From an uncultured Planctomycetaceae bacterium (GTDB lineage Bacteria; Planctomycetota; Planctomycetia; Pirellulales; PALSA-1355), in the NCBI GenBank assembly GCA_963785305.1, contig CAWAUV010000007.1, positions 800,001 through 864,000 on the forward strand: a DNA stretch of 64,000 bases, written 5' to 3'. The first letter of the stretch is position 1. Each line of letters begins with the position of its first letter. The translations under genes and the position numbers were made by a program. The notes beneath the pieces were generated by a model. It was given only the letters and a program-made list of their open reading frames with translations. It was not told the DNA's origin and did not search any database. Of this stretch, positions 1 to 12,200 are shown one piece after another.

Positions 1-2
1 CG

Positions 3-3000
3 GTGTCGCTGGCCGACGACGCGTCGCACAATGCCGCCGGCGCGGCCGCGGCCGCCACGAAGTTGGCCGACGCCACGAACGCGGCCGACATGACGCTGGC
101 TTCCGTGACCGCGGCGGCCGACGAGACGCTGGCCCTCGCCGAAGACGCCGACGAGCACGCCGCCGACACCGCCGGCGCGAGCGCCGCCCTCGCGCAGGCG
201 CTGGCGATCGCCGACGCGCGTTATACCGAGAACACCGTCGCCCTGGTGGCCGAGGCTTCCCGCGCCAAGGCCACCACCGTCGAAGAGGACCTGGATGATT
301 CGGCGGTGGCGCAAGCGCAGGCCGACTATGCATATGGCGCGGCGTCGCTTCAAAGCACGTACAACGGCGATTGGCAGACTACCAATTCCGACCTCGCCTC
401 GCTGAACGCCGCGCGGATCACGGCGATCGGCGCCGCCGAGGGTACGCAAGCGAGCGACCTCACGACCGCCGATATCGCGCTGGCCACGGCCGAAACCGGC
501 GCGATCGTCACGTTTGCCCAGGCCCAGCAAACGGCCGACGCCACGTTCGACGCCGCCGAAAACACGATCGCCAACGATCCCACGACCGGCCAAGCCGTGC
601 TCGACGCCGCCGCCCAGCTCACCGACTCGAACGCCAACGCGCTGGCCATGCTCGACAACGCCACCGCGCTCGACGCCGCGAACCTGACGTATACCCGGTC
701 GGTCGACGCGGCGAACGAGACGCAAGCGGCCAGCGACGCGGGCGCCGACGCGACGTATCAAGTGGCGGCGGCCAACGTCGTCGCCGGGCAACTCTCCGCC
801 ACGGCCCTCGCGCAAAAACACGCCCTGGTCGAGCTTCGCCGCCGAGTATTATCAGACCCAAGCCGACTGGCTGCGGGACACGTCGGTCTCGTTCGTGACC
901 GACCAAACCAACGACGCGATTGCCGACCAGGCCCTGGCGGATCAGATCGCCGGGGACGCGCGCACGGCGGCCGACCAAGAAGCGACGCATGCCTACAACG
1001 AATCGACTTCGGTCAATCTGGCCCAGGAAACCCAGTCGCTCGACGATTCGAACGCGTCGAGCGAGGAGGACACGGCGTTCGACGCGGCGGGGGACGCCCA
1101 GTCGGTGGCGCTGGCCCAGAACGACGCGACGTACATGACCACGATGGTTCCGGCGGTCGATGGATACGCGCTCGCGGACATCAAGGCCGACACCGCCTAT
1201 CAGGCCGCGCTGGCCGTCGATGAGTCGGATTACACCGGCGTGAGCGAGCAGAACGATTACGAAACCTATCAGTCCGCGCTCCAGTCGAACTACGAGACGC
1301 TGATTTCGGCCCAAGGCTCGGCCGATGTCGCCTGGACGAGCGGGGCCGCGTCGGCCGACGGGCAGTACGCCATCGCCCAGCAAGCGGCCCAGAGCGTGTA
1401 CAGCGTCGCCACCGCCGGCGACCAGCAGGCGCTCGACGACGCCACGGCCTCGGCCGCGAACATTCAGGCCAACGCCGACGCGCTCTCGGGATACGACGAG
1501 AACGTGGCCGAGAACAATCAAAGCTCGACCGACGCCATGACGACCGCGAATGACGACGCGACCTGGGCGAGCGTCCAGCAGTACACGGCCGACTCCGTGC
1601 TCGATGGACTGGCCGGCGTCGATTCCGGCTACGCGCTCGGCGGCTATCTCGACGCCCAGTCGCACGCGCTTGACAGCGTGGTGAACGCGCAAATCGGTCC
1701 GACCGGCGCCATCGTGTCGCTCGCGCAAACCACCAGCGCCGCCGACGACACGGCAGCCAACACCGTGGCCCTGGATGAATACGACAACACGGTCTCGATC
1801 GACGGATTGCTGCTTACTCGCGAGACCGACGACGACGCCAACGAACAAACCTTCGCCAGCGCCATCGCCACCGACCAGTACGACTACGTGACCGCCGCCG
1901 CCGGCGCCGCCGTCGACTACGAAACCGCGCTGGCGAGCGTGACGCAAACGTTCGACAACGCCCTGGCCTCGGGCAATGACCGGGCCTACACCGACTATTA
2001 CGGCGCCCTCGCCGCCGCCCAAGGCGCCTACACCGCCGCCGCCCTCTCCGCCGTCTCACCCGCCGTGACCCAAGCGGCGAACGACAACTACACGGCGATG
2101 AACAACGCCGTGAACGACGACAATAATTGGGTGAACGCGGTCGGCGCTATCGAGCAGGCGGAACTTTCGGCGGACGCGCCCGTCGTCGCCGGAGACGCGT
2201 CGAGCGACATGTCGTCGCTCGTGAACGCGAGCAACTCGAACGTGCAGGCGACGGCGCAGCGCTTGCGTCCCTTGCCGCCACCGATCCGTCGACTTGGTCG
2301 ATGGGCGAGGCATCGATCGAGTCGTCGCTCAACGCCTTGATGCAGTCGAGCGGCGCGGCGTTCATCGCCGCCGGCAATCAACAGATCACCTCGAGCAACA
2401 ACCAAGTCGCTCAACAGCTAAGCGAGCTTTCGAGCGAGCTCACGCAAATGAACGTCGCCAACTCGGCAACGCTTTCGCAAGCGAGCGCCGCCAAGGACGC
2501 GGCGCTTGCGCAGCTCACCGACGGTGACTACCAAGCCTGGCAAGCGCCGACGCTCACGCCGCCCGATCTCGCGCCGGCGGGCAACGGTTATTATGGCTAC
2601 TACGGCTACGAGGGCATCGGTCTAAACGTGCCCTCGCCCCAGTCCTACGATCTCGGCTCGGCGAACTTCTCCTCGGGCATTTATTTCGGCGGATGGTATG
2701 GGAGTTATGGCTACGGCGTCGGCTGGGGTTATGGCTTCGGCTATGGATACTACGGTTACTACGGCTACGGCTTTAGCCAGCCCGACAGCGCCGCGGCTCA
2801 CGAATCGCCGAACGACTCGTCGATCAGCCAAGCGATCTCGACGGCCGATAATTTCACGATCGTGACGCCCACCGCCGACGACGCCCCGGACTCCGGCGGG
2901 CTCGGCGCGGGAGTCTTCACGAACGGCAACGTCACCACCGTCGTTCCGATCCAAACCATCGACGGGTATCGCGACTCCCTCTTCGACCAGACCAATCCGG

Positions 3001-4867
3001 AAGGCGATCCCTCGAGCGGCGAGCCGCCGTCGTCGTCGGCGATGCCGAACGATGGCATGCTCTCCTTGAACGCCATCACGCCGATCGATTCTCCCTACGC
3101 CTCCGGAAACCAATGGTCGACCCTAAGCGATTCGGCGAGTAGTTCCGCCGGTTCGACCGCCGATCCGACGGTGTTTCAAATCGATTACGGCGCCGGCGCC
3201 GCCTGGTCGCCGCCGGTGATCGATGTCGCCGCGGCGGAAGTGTGTTTCGCCGCCGGCACGCTGGTGCGGACGCGGAGCGGCTCGGCGCCGATCGAGTCGA
3301 TGCGCGAGGGCGACGATGTCTACTGCGTGCCCGAGGGCGCGCCCGTCGAAAGCGTTCCGGTGCTCCGCAAAGTCCGCGCGGTCCATCGCAATGCTCCGCG
3401 GCGTCTCCTCGACGTCGAATTGGAAGGATGGCGGATTCGCTGCACGGCCGAGCATCGATACTGGACGGGCGAGCGCGGCTGGATCGAGGCGCGTGATTTG
3501 AGGGCGGGCGATCGTCTGCTCGGCGACGACGGCCGTTGCGCGCGGTCGTCGGCGTCGGCGACGGTGGCGAAATCGAGCCGGTGTTCAACCTCGCCGTCGA
3601 GGAGCATCACACGTATTTCGTCGCGAGCCCCGACGGCTCCGCGAGCGTCCTGGTTCACAACGAATGCAACCCGACCGCACAGGATTCGCCGAGCGTCGCT
3701 AAAACCGTCCAGACATCCAATTCGAACCAGAAAACGCTGACCACCACGACGCATTACGAAAACGGGAAAATCGTGTCGATCACGTACGTCTTGTCCGACT
3801 TGCAAGGCCATGCACTGCGTCAGATCTATCTCTATGTGGGCAACGCCGACGGCACGGCCGCGTTCCAGGAGCAGCGCGCGTTGGCGGAGGGCCTGGCGAA
3901 AGAGCTCTTGCGGACGCCCGGGTATATCGGAGGTGGTAATGTCGAGTTCAAGGTACAGCAGTTGCCGAATCCGAACGGCGCCTCGGCGACGCCCGGCGTC
4001 GCCGAGATCACCGCGGCCCAGGCGACCGCCCCGCAAATCACCGAAGACCAAGCCGCCGGTTCCCTGGCGGCCGAGCTCGGATTGACCGATGAAAAAATCG
4101 GAGATCCCACCGGCGCGGGATATGATCGGAAGCAGTTCGCGCTCCAAGCGGATCGATTCATCGAAGCGGAAATCCCCGACGCCGCGGCCGACGCCGGGGA
4201 ACTTGTGATCCTCGGCGCCGAGTTGATGCCGGGCGGCGCGACGGCGGGGATGCTCGCGCGCATGCACGACGACCCGCACTATGCGTCTCAACTGACCGTT
4301 GGTATGGTGTTGATGACGATCGCCGGCGACGCGGCGAGCCTCGGCAAGGTGCAGGAAGCCGCCGGAGTCGTCAAGAAATTCTTCACCGCGAAGAAGGCGC
4401 GGCAAGTCGAATTAAACGCGCAGCGCGCCGAAAGCGCGCTCGCCCGAGCCGAGGCCGACGCCGCCGCCGTGGCAGCCGAACAGGCGGAAGTTACCGCTCA
4501 AAAAGCGCTGACGGAATTGCAGGGAGCAATTCCAAACGGGCATTTCCTGACCAAGCATAGCCCCATGGTAACCTTAGATGACTTGCGCCGTCGCGCGAAT
4601 GTCGGACTACCTAACAGGGCGGGAAGATTGGTTAAGAATGACGCATCGCGATTCATAAGCTATGTCGATATGCAGAACGCGGTCCCAAAAGCAACTGCGG
4701 CTTACAAAGCCGCCGGCGGGACCGAAAACAAAATAGAAATCAACATGCTCAAGATTATCGGCGAAGGATATATCAAAAACTCAACCGTGCTTACGACGAC
4801 GACAAAGGTAGTTGCGGTGTTCAATAAATTCGGACAATTAATCACTATTTATCCTAAACTTAGGTAA
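3..4867 (+). CDS. Large polymorphic toxin: Ala/Asp/Thr/Gln-rich repetitive stalk, Gly/Tyr-rich segment, pretoxin Hint domain, C-terminal RNase-like toxin; 5' end outside window; about 3 frameshifts (~830, ~2270, ~3535)
   Basis: Consecutive ORFs 3-1223, 895-2340, 2127-3740 and 3536-4867 continue each other in composition. Hint motifs VCFAAGTLV and HTYFV..VLVHN are present. The tip GHFLTKH..ASRF..GEGY..ITIYP lies in lower-GC DNA. Confidence 0.8.
3243..3661 (+). other. Pretoxin Hint (intein-like autoprocessing) domain
   Basis: N-terminal CFAAGTLV, block B CTAEHRYW, C-terminal VFNLAVEEHHTYFV...VLVHN; split by one frameshift near 3535. Confidence 0.9.
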
Positions 4868-4876
4868 TGTTTCGAC

Positions 4877-5323
4877 ATGTGCCAAGTAAACTTTTATTTG
4901 CTCAATGCGGCGCTTACACCGCTTACGATCGCAGTTCTTCAAGACGAGATAACCATTGACCCCGACGACGAGTCGCAACTGCGGACGTTATTTCGCGAGC
5001 GCATTCGCCCATATATCGCTCGGTGGGCTCAAGTTTATCGCAGTCGGTTGCAGTTATCGCTGGCCTATTATATACATCGTCCGGAAACGCTTGATCGTGT
5101 TCTCGCATCGGAACAAGATCTGGATATGCCCGAACCGACTAATGTTGTTCGATTTTTTGCGATTCTTTGGGAAGTTCTGTACCCGAATATCGACTGTTCA
5201 GCAATCGATTTGTCCGAAGCCGAAGAAAACAATGATACATTAAATGTAGAATTCGAACAAAAACGCGAATCGCTTGTTGTTGATCCCGAAACGTTAATTC
5301 GTGGAGACGGCAATCCCGATTAG
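4877..5323 (+). CDS. Putative cognate immunity protein
   Basis: 148-aa low-GC ORF 9 bp after the toxin stop; position and size are typical of immunity genes. Confidence 0.7.
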   Translation: MCQVNFYLLNAALTPLTIAVLQDEITIDPDDESQLRTLFRERIRPYIARWAQVYRSRLQLSLAYYIHRPETLDRVLASEQDLDMPEPTNVVRFFAILWEVLYPNIDCSAIDLSEAEENNDTLNVEFEQKRESLVVDPETLIRGDGNPD

Positions 5324-5371
5324 CATTGTTTAGCGGCGGCGGCCGCGTTGGGGCTTAATTAGGATGTTCCA

Positions 5372-5914
5372 ATGAGATCTCCCGTTCGCAAACATCTTAA
5401 CAAGACTTTTCGGAAAGAATTCGAGAAGCGTTTTCCGGGATTCAGGTTCCTGAAGCTTCCTCGCGGCAGCGTGCTCCGTATTTGGGAGTGGCGGATCGCG
5501 GCCGGCCTTGTGTTCTATCTGGGGATTCAGCCTTTTCCTAATGAAGATTCGTTCGTGCTCGAAATCGCATGGACGACGGATGGCGAATTTCCCTGGCATG
5601 TTGTAGAATGGCCAAACATGCAAGCTCCGCGGGGGCGCGAACGGCTTGGTAAATTATGGAAGCGGTTTGGCGACGAACCTGTATGGGACGCCGCGCCCGA
5701 GATGGCCGAAGCCCAAAAAATTCGTTTCGCGGCGATGCTCCGCCGCGAGGACTTTAAATACGATCCTCCGCCGGACGTCGACATCGTGATTCCGCGGATC
5801 GCGCCGTTGGTGGACGACGCTTTGCGGAAGTTCCAGGAATACGGAATTCCCCTCTTCGAGGAAGTCGCCCGAAACCAAGGCATCCCCGATCTGAGTGAAT
5901 ACCGTAAATCTTGA
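5372..5914 (+). CDS. Hypothetical protein, probable orphan immunity protein
   Basis: 180-aa aromatic-rich ORF in the low-GC cassette after the first immunity gene. Confidence 0.55.
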   Translation: MRSPVRKHLNKTFRKEFEKRFPGFRFLKLPRGSVLRIWEWRIAAGLVFYLGIQPFPNEDSFVLEIAWTTDGEFPWHVVEWPNMQAPRGRERLGKLWKRFGDEPVWDAAPEMAEAQKIRFAAMLRREDFKYDPPPDVDIVIPRIAPLVDDALRKFQEYGIPLFEEVARNQGIPDLSEYRKS

Positions 5915-8900
5915 ACGCGACGGCAAGTTGAACGCGACAGCCGCCGCCATCGGCGAATATGTCGCGGCGCTTCAGACTTGGGCCGCCGGCGACACGACGG
6001 ATTCTCCGGATTGGACGAGCTTCGTGGTCTCCTCGGCCGAGGCCGAGCAAACGCAAATCCTCGCCGACAACTCCGACGATCTCGCTTACGCCGCCAGCAC
6101 CGCCCAGGCCGACGAGACGTCGGGCTTGGGCGGCGCGCTCCAAGACAAGCTCTATGCCGTGTCGCAGGCCGCCGCCGCCGCGACGATGACCGAAAACATC
6201 GCCGGCGAGGACGAGACGCGGGTCGAATCCTATTTTTCGGCGGCCCGGACGCAGCTCTCGGCCACCGTCGGCGCGACTTATACGTACGACGAGGCGGTGG
6301 CCGGCGCCGACGCCGGGCTGAGCGCCTCGCAGGCCCAGAGCAGCCAGACGCTCGAAGACGCCCAGGCGAGTAATTTTTTCACTTATCAGTCCGCCGGTTA
6401 TTCCCAAGACGCTTGGAACGCCCTGAACACTTCCGACACCCAGGCCGCCACGGCCGCCAATGAAACCATCGCCGCCGCGATCGTGGCCTGCGCCTCCGCG
6501 ATCAGCACGGCCCAAGTCGCCGAAGCCGGCACGCTTCAGTCGTCGGGCGACACTCAGGCCGGCGGCGACGAGCGGGCGGATTCGATCTTCGCCGTCGCCA
6601 TGGCGGGCGAAGTCAAGACCTTCGAATCCGCGCTGGCCACCGCCGCCTACAACCAAGACCTGGCCCTGGCCTCCGACGACAAGGCCGACGCCGACGCCTA
6701 CGCCAGCGCCGGCTATACGCAAATCATGGGCGACCCGACCTCGCCGACCGATCCCACGATGGGCGACGCCCAAGCCGCGGCCGATTACGAGACCGATTCG
6801 ACCGCGGCCGAAAACGCCTACGCCACCGGTCAGGCTGGCGACTATGTGACCACGCTCACCGAGTGGTCCGCCGGTATTACGGACCCGATGCAGTCGGCCA
6901 CGGCGGCGTACGCGGTGGCTTTGGCGGACGACGCGTTTGACAACGCCACCAGTCTGGCCAGCGCCGCCACCACGCTGGCCGCTTCCACGAACGCGGCGAA
7001 CCTGACGCTGGCCTCGCTCACGGCGGCGGCCGACGAGACACTGGCGCTCACGGAAGACGCCGACCAGTATTCGGCCGACACCGCCGGCGCGATGCCGCGC
7101 TCACCCAGGCCCAGACGATGGCCGACGCGCGGTATGCCGAAAACACGGTGGCCCTGGTGGCCGAGGCGGTTCGAGCCGAGGCGACGACCGTCGAGCAAGA
7201 CTTGGACGATTCGGCCGTGGCCCAGGCGCAGGCCGATTACGCCTATGGCGCGGCGTCGCTTCAAAGCACGTACAACGGCGATTGGCAGACTACCAATTCC
7301 GACCTCGCCTCGCTGAACGCCGCGCGGATCACGGCGATCGGCGCCGCCGCGGGCACGCAAGCGAGCGACCTCACGACCGCCGATGTCTCGCTCGCCGCGG
7401 CCGAAACCGGCGCGATCGTCTCCTTCGCCCAGGCCCAGCAAACGGCCGACGCCACGTTCGACGCCGCCGAAAACACGATCGCCAACGATCCCACGACCGG
7501 CCAAGCCGTGCTCGACGCCGCCGCCCAGCTCACCGACTCGAACGCCGACGCCCTGGCGCTGCTCGACAACACGACGGCGCTCGACGCGGCCAACCTGACC
7601 TATACCCAGTCGGCCGACGCGGCGAACGAGACGCAAGCGGCCAGCGACGCGGGCGCCGACGCCGGGTATCAAGTGGCGGTCGCCAACGTCGCCGCCGGGC
7701 AATTGTCGGCCACCGCCCTCGCGCAAGACACGCCCTGGTCGAGCTTCGCCGCCCAGTATTATCAGGCGCAGGCCAACTGGACGAGCGACACGTCGGCCGC
7801 CTTCGTGACCGATCAAACGAACGACGCCCTCGCCGATCAAACCCTGGCGGATCAAACGGCGGCGGACATCAAAGCCGAGCTCGACAACGAAGCGACCGCC
7901 GCCTACGCCTGGGCGCTCGCCGACAACTCCGCCGCGCAAGTCCAGCAGGTGAACGATTCCACGGCGGCGAGCGCCGACGACACGGCCATCGACGCCGCGT
8001 ACGACGCGCAATCCGTGGCCCTGGCCCAAAACGACGCGACGTACATGACCACGATGGTCCCGGCGGTGGATGGATATGCCCTGGCGAACATTCAAGCCGA
8101 TGCGCTGTATCAGGCCGCGCTGGCCACGGACCAATCGGATTACACCGGCCAAAGCCAGCAAGACGCCTACGACGCGTATCAAGCGTCGCTCGGTTCGAAC
8201 TACCAGAACTTGATCTCGACGCAAGGCTCGGCCGACGTGGTTTGGACCAGCGGGGCCGCGACCGCCGACGCGAACAACGCGATCGCGCTGCAAGCCGCCG
8301 CCACCGCCCAATCGATCTCGCTCGCCACCGACGCCAAGGCGTACGCCGACGTCGACGCGCGCGCGAACGAGAGCGACGCCAATAACAATGCAAGCTACGG
8401 TTACACGCTGGCCACCGAGGAAGACACGCTCGAAGCAAACGACGCGACAGCCTATTTGAACGATGAAACTTCGTTCATGGCGACGGCGCAAACAAACGCC
8501 GATTCGCAACTCGACTCGCTGATCGGCGCGGCGCCCGCCAGCGAAACAAGCCTCGCCACGTTCTTGGACCAACAGTCGCACGCGCTCGATGGTGTTATCG
8601 CCGCGATCACGTCTCCCACCGGACAAGACGCCACGCTCACCCGCGGCGCGATCGGCGCCAACGAGACCGCGGCCGACACGATCGCGCTCGACGACTACAA
8701 TCTCGCCACCAGCATCGATGGTTCGCTGCTCACCCAAACATTGTCCGACGACGCGAACCAACTCACGTTCGCCACGAATCTCGCGAACGATGAATTCAAC
8801 TATGTCACCGCCGCCGCCACCGCCGCCGTGGGCTATGAAACCGCGGTCGCGCTGGTCAACCAGAAGTACGACACCGAACTCGCCGCGGGCGACTCGAACG

Positions 8901-9292
8901 ACTACTACGCCGGTTACTGGGGCGCCATCGACGACGCCCAGCAGGATTACAACGCCGCCGCCCTCGCCGCCGTCTCGCCGATCGTTACGCAAGCCGCCAC
9001 GGACAACGACAACGCGATCATCATCTCCGTGGGAAACACGAGCGCGTTTCAATCGTCGGAAAACGGAACGATACAATCCGTGGTTACGTCCGACATCGCC
9101 AGCCTCGGCAGTGCGCTCGGCACGGACAATACGGACGCGTTCGACGCGCTCGACAACGAAGCAATTGCGTCTGCGACTGGCTTCGGTGCTGGTTATCGGG
9201 ACAATCGGGAGCCCGACGCGCTCGACAACGAAGCAATTGCGTCTGCGACGGGGTTCGCGCCGCTTGCCAGCGGTTCGCCATGGCCGGAATAG
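5895..9292 (+). pseudogene. Second, truncated copy of the toxin stalk (orphan module without Hint or toxin tip); frameshift near 7090
   Basis: 7118-8250 is close to identical at protein level to ~200-1350 (e.g. DDSAVAQAQADYAYGAASLQSTYNGDWQTTNSDLASLNAARITAIG). There is no convincing start, and it ends 5 bp before the last CRISPR repeat. Confidence 0.7.
9142..9249. repeat. 36-bp direct repeat pair (9142-9177, 9214-9249) at the truncation point of the second toxin module
   Basis: cgacgcgctcgacaacgaagcaattgcgtctgcgac occurs twice, 72 bp apart. Confidence 0.9.
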
Positions 9293-9297
9293 TTTGA

Positions 9298-12200
9298 GCT
9301 TCACTGGGGCCGCGGTCTGCTGACCGCGGAAAGAATTCGGAAATGGCGAACTATGCCGAGGCGTTGATTGGCTTCAATGGGGCCGAGGTCTGCTGACCGC
9401 GGAAAGGTAGAGAACACCGCCGCCCGCCGCACGATCCATCGGCTTCAATGGGGCCGCGGTCTGCTGACCGCGGAAAGTCCAAGGGGCCTGTCATTCAAGA
9501 TATCCACTGCGGGCTACAATGGGGCCGCGGTCTGCTGACCGCGGAAAGGGGTGCTCAAGACGTGTTCCTCGGAAGATGTTGAAAGCTTCAATGAGGCCGC
9601 GGTCTGCTGACTGCGGAAAGTCCGCTGGTCGTGATCGTGGGGGATGGCTCGTCAATCGCTTCAATGAGGCCGCGGTCTGCTGACCGCGGAAAGCGACATC
9701 GGATTCGTCGAGGCGTTCGAGGAAGAACTGGGGGCTTCAATGAGGCCGCGGTCTGCTGACCGCGGAAAGGGTGCGCTCGGCCGGGATGCGGAACCCGGTC
9801 GATCGGCTTCAATGAGGCGGCGGTCTGCTGACCGCGGAAAGGCGGGCGGCCGAGATCATCGTCGCGGCGTTTGGAAATGATCCAGGCTTCAATGAGGCCG
9901 CGGTCTGCTGACCGCGGAAAGGCCGGAACCAAAAGACGGACCGCAAACCCCTACTAGAGCTTCAATGAGGCCGCGGTCTGCTGACCGCGGAAAGCCGCGT
10001 CAACCCCTGAATCGGCTACGTGGGTGTACGCTTCAATGAGGCCGCAGTCTGCTGACCGCGGAAAGCCACCGACGGCGCGCGGCGGGCAGCCATCACGGCC
10101 GTGGCTTCAATGAGGCCGCGGTCTGCTGACCGCGGAAAGCAGATAGGTTTTGCCGGAGCCGCCCGTCGCCGTCAAGCTTCAATGAGGCCGCGGTCTGCTG
10201 ACTGCGGAAAGGCCGCCGCGTCTGAGTCTTGATCCCGTTGAGGATCGGGCTTCAATGAGGCCGCGGTCTGCTGACCGCGGAAAGCGCTGACGCCGTAGCC
10301 AAGAGTGAGGGGGGCAATGGGCTTCAATGAGGCCGCGGTCTGCTGACCGCGGAAAGATGCCGCCCGGCTAGCGACCCAGACGTTGATGATCGCTTCAATG
10401 AGGCCGCGGTCTGCTGACCGCGGAAAGATCGGAGACAAAATCGACTTCGGCTGATGAGCAAGTGCTTCAATGAGGCCGCGGTCTGCTGACCGCGGAAAGC
10501 GTGGCGGCGGCCGCCGTGCAATCGAACATCGAATTTGCTTCAATGAGGCCGCGGTCTGCTGACCGCGGAAAGCTGTTTCGAGCGAGGCGAGAAGTAGATC
10601 GCGAGAACAGCTTCAATGAGGCCGCGGTCTGCTGACCGCGGAAAGCCGAGCCGTGTTCCGTGCGACGAACGGACTGGGCGTAGCTTCAATGAGGCCGCGG
10701 TCTGCTGACCGCGGAAAGCCTCGACCGACGACGGGGATTTCCCACGGCCCATCGGCTTCAATGAGGCCGCGGTCTGCTGACCGCGGAAAGTGTTGGCTCT
10801 CGGCGAACTTCACGAAGGGACTCTCGGGCTTCAATGAGGCCGCGGTCTGCTGACCGCGGAAAGATTAAGCGGCTGATCGTGCAGATGCCTCCACGCCACG
10901 GCTTCAATGAGGCCGCGGTCTGCTGACCGCGGAAAGTGGCTTCGGCCTCGATGTGGCGGCAGCCCGAGAAGTGGCTTCAATGAGGCCGCGGTCTGCTGAC
11001 CGCGGAAAGGAACAATTCGCTGATCACTGTGACTGGAGCAAGCTCGCTTCAATGAGGCCGCGGTCTGCTGACCGCGGAAAGCGAGCACCAGCGGTAGTAC
11101 GTGCCCGGATCGAGCGCGCTTCAATGAGGCCGCGGTCTGCTGACCGCGGAAAGACACGATCTGGCCGCAATCAATCGCCAGGGCATTCCGGCTTCAATGA
11201 GGCCGCGGTCTGCTGACCGCGGAAAGGCATTTCCGACGTGGCCGAGATTCACGGCGGAGTCACGCTTCAATGAGGCCGCGGTCTGCTGACCGCGGAAAGG
11301 CGAGTGTCGCTTTTGCCCTGATGAAATCATGCTCGCTTCAATGAGGCCGCGGTCTGCTGACCGCGGAAAGGATCGTTCGCGGCCTCTCTCCAGACGTGTC
11401 ATCGAGATGCTTCAATGAGGCCGCGGTCTGCTGACCGCGGAAAGAGGCACTTGGCCTGCGACGTGCGAGAGATGCGGCGGCTTCAATGAGGCCGCGGTCT
11501 GCTGACCGCGGAAAGGCGATGGCATCCCGACGACTTGATCGGCGAACTGCTGCTTCAATGAGGCCGCGGTCTGCTGACCGCGGAAAGAGGCACTTGGCCT
11601 GCGACGTGCGAGAGATGCGGCGGCTTCAATGAGGCCGCGGTCTGCTGACCGCGGAAAGCTGGCGGCCGAGGCGCGCAGTACAGAGGGATTTCGCGGCTTC
11701 AATGAGGCCGCGGTCTGCTGACCGCGGAAAGGTAAAGCCATTCACGCCGCAGTCGAAAATGACCTGATGCTTCAATGAGGCCGCGGTCTGCTGACCGCGG
11801 AAAGGAAGGCGAATGGGTCACGAAGTGGGATGGCGCCGAGCTTCAATGAGGCCGCGGTCTGCTGACCGCGGAAAGCGCATGGACGGTGCCGTATTCGACG
11901 AACCGCGCGTAGCTTCAATGAGGCCGCGGTCTGCTGACCGCGGAAAGGACCGGCGAGCGCCTCGGCATGTTCGGCGTTGTCGGGGCTTCAATGAGGCCGC
12001 GGTCTGCTGACCGCGGAAAGTCACACGATTGCGATACGAATGATCCCGCCAATTCGGCTTCAATGAGGCCGCGGTCTGCTGACCGCGGAAAGGGGGAGCG
12101 ATTCGCGCGCGACGAGCAAATCGAACCAGCTTCAATGAGGCCGCGGTCTGCTGACCGCGGAAAGGCGGGCCCAGCTCGCGGCCAACATCGTGACCAACTC

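Noticed and set aside
6842..9304. 820-aa minus-strand ORF and similar long antisense ORFs (619-2022, 37985-39211)
   Set aside because: Shadow frames of GC-rich plus-strand genes; Arg/Val/Gly-rich with no motifs.
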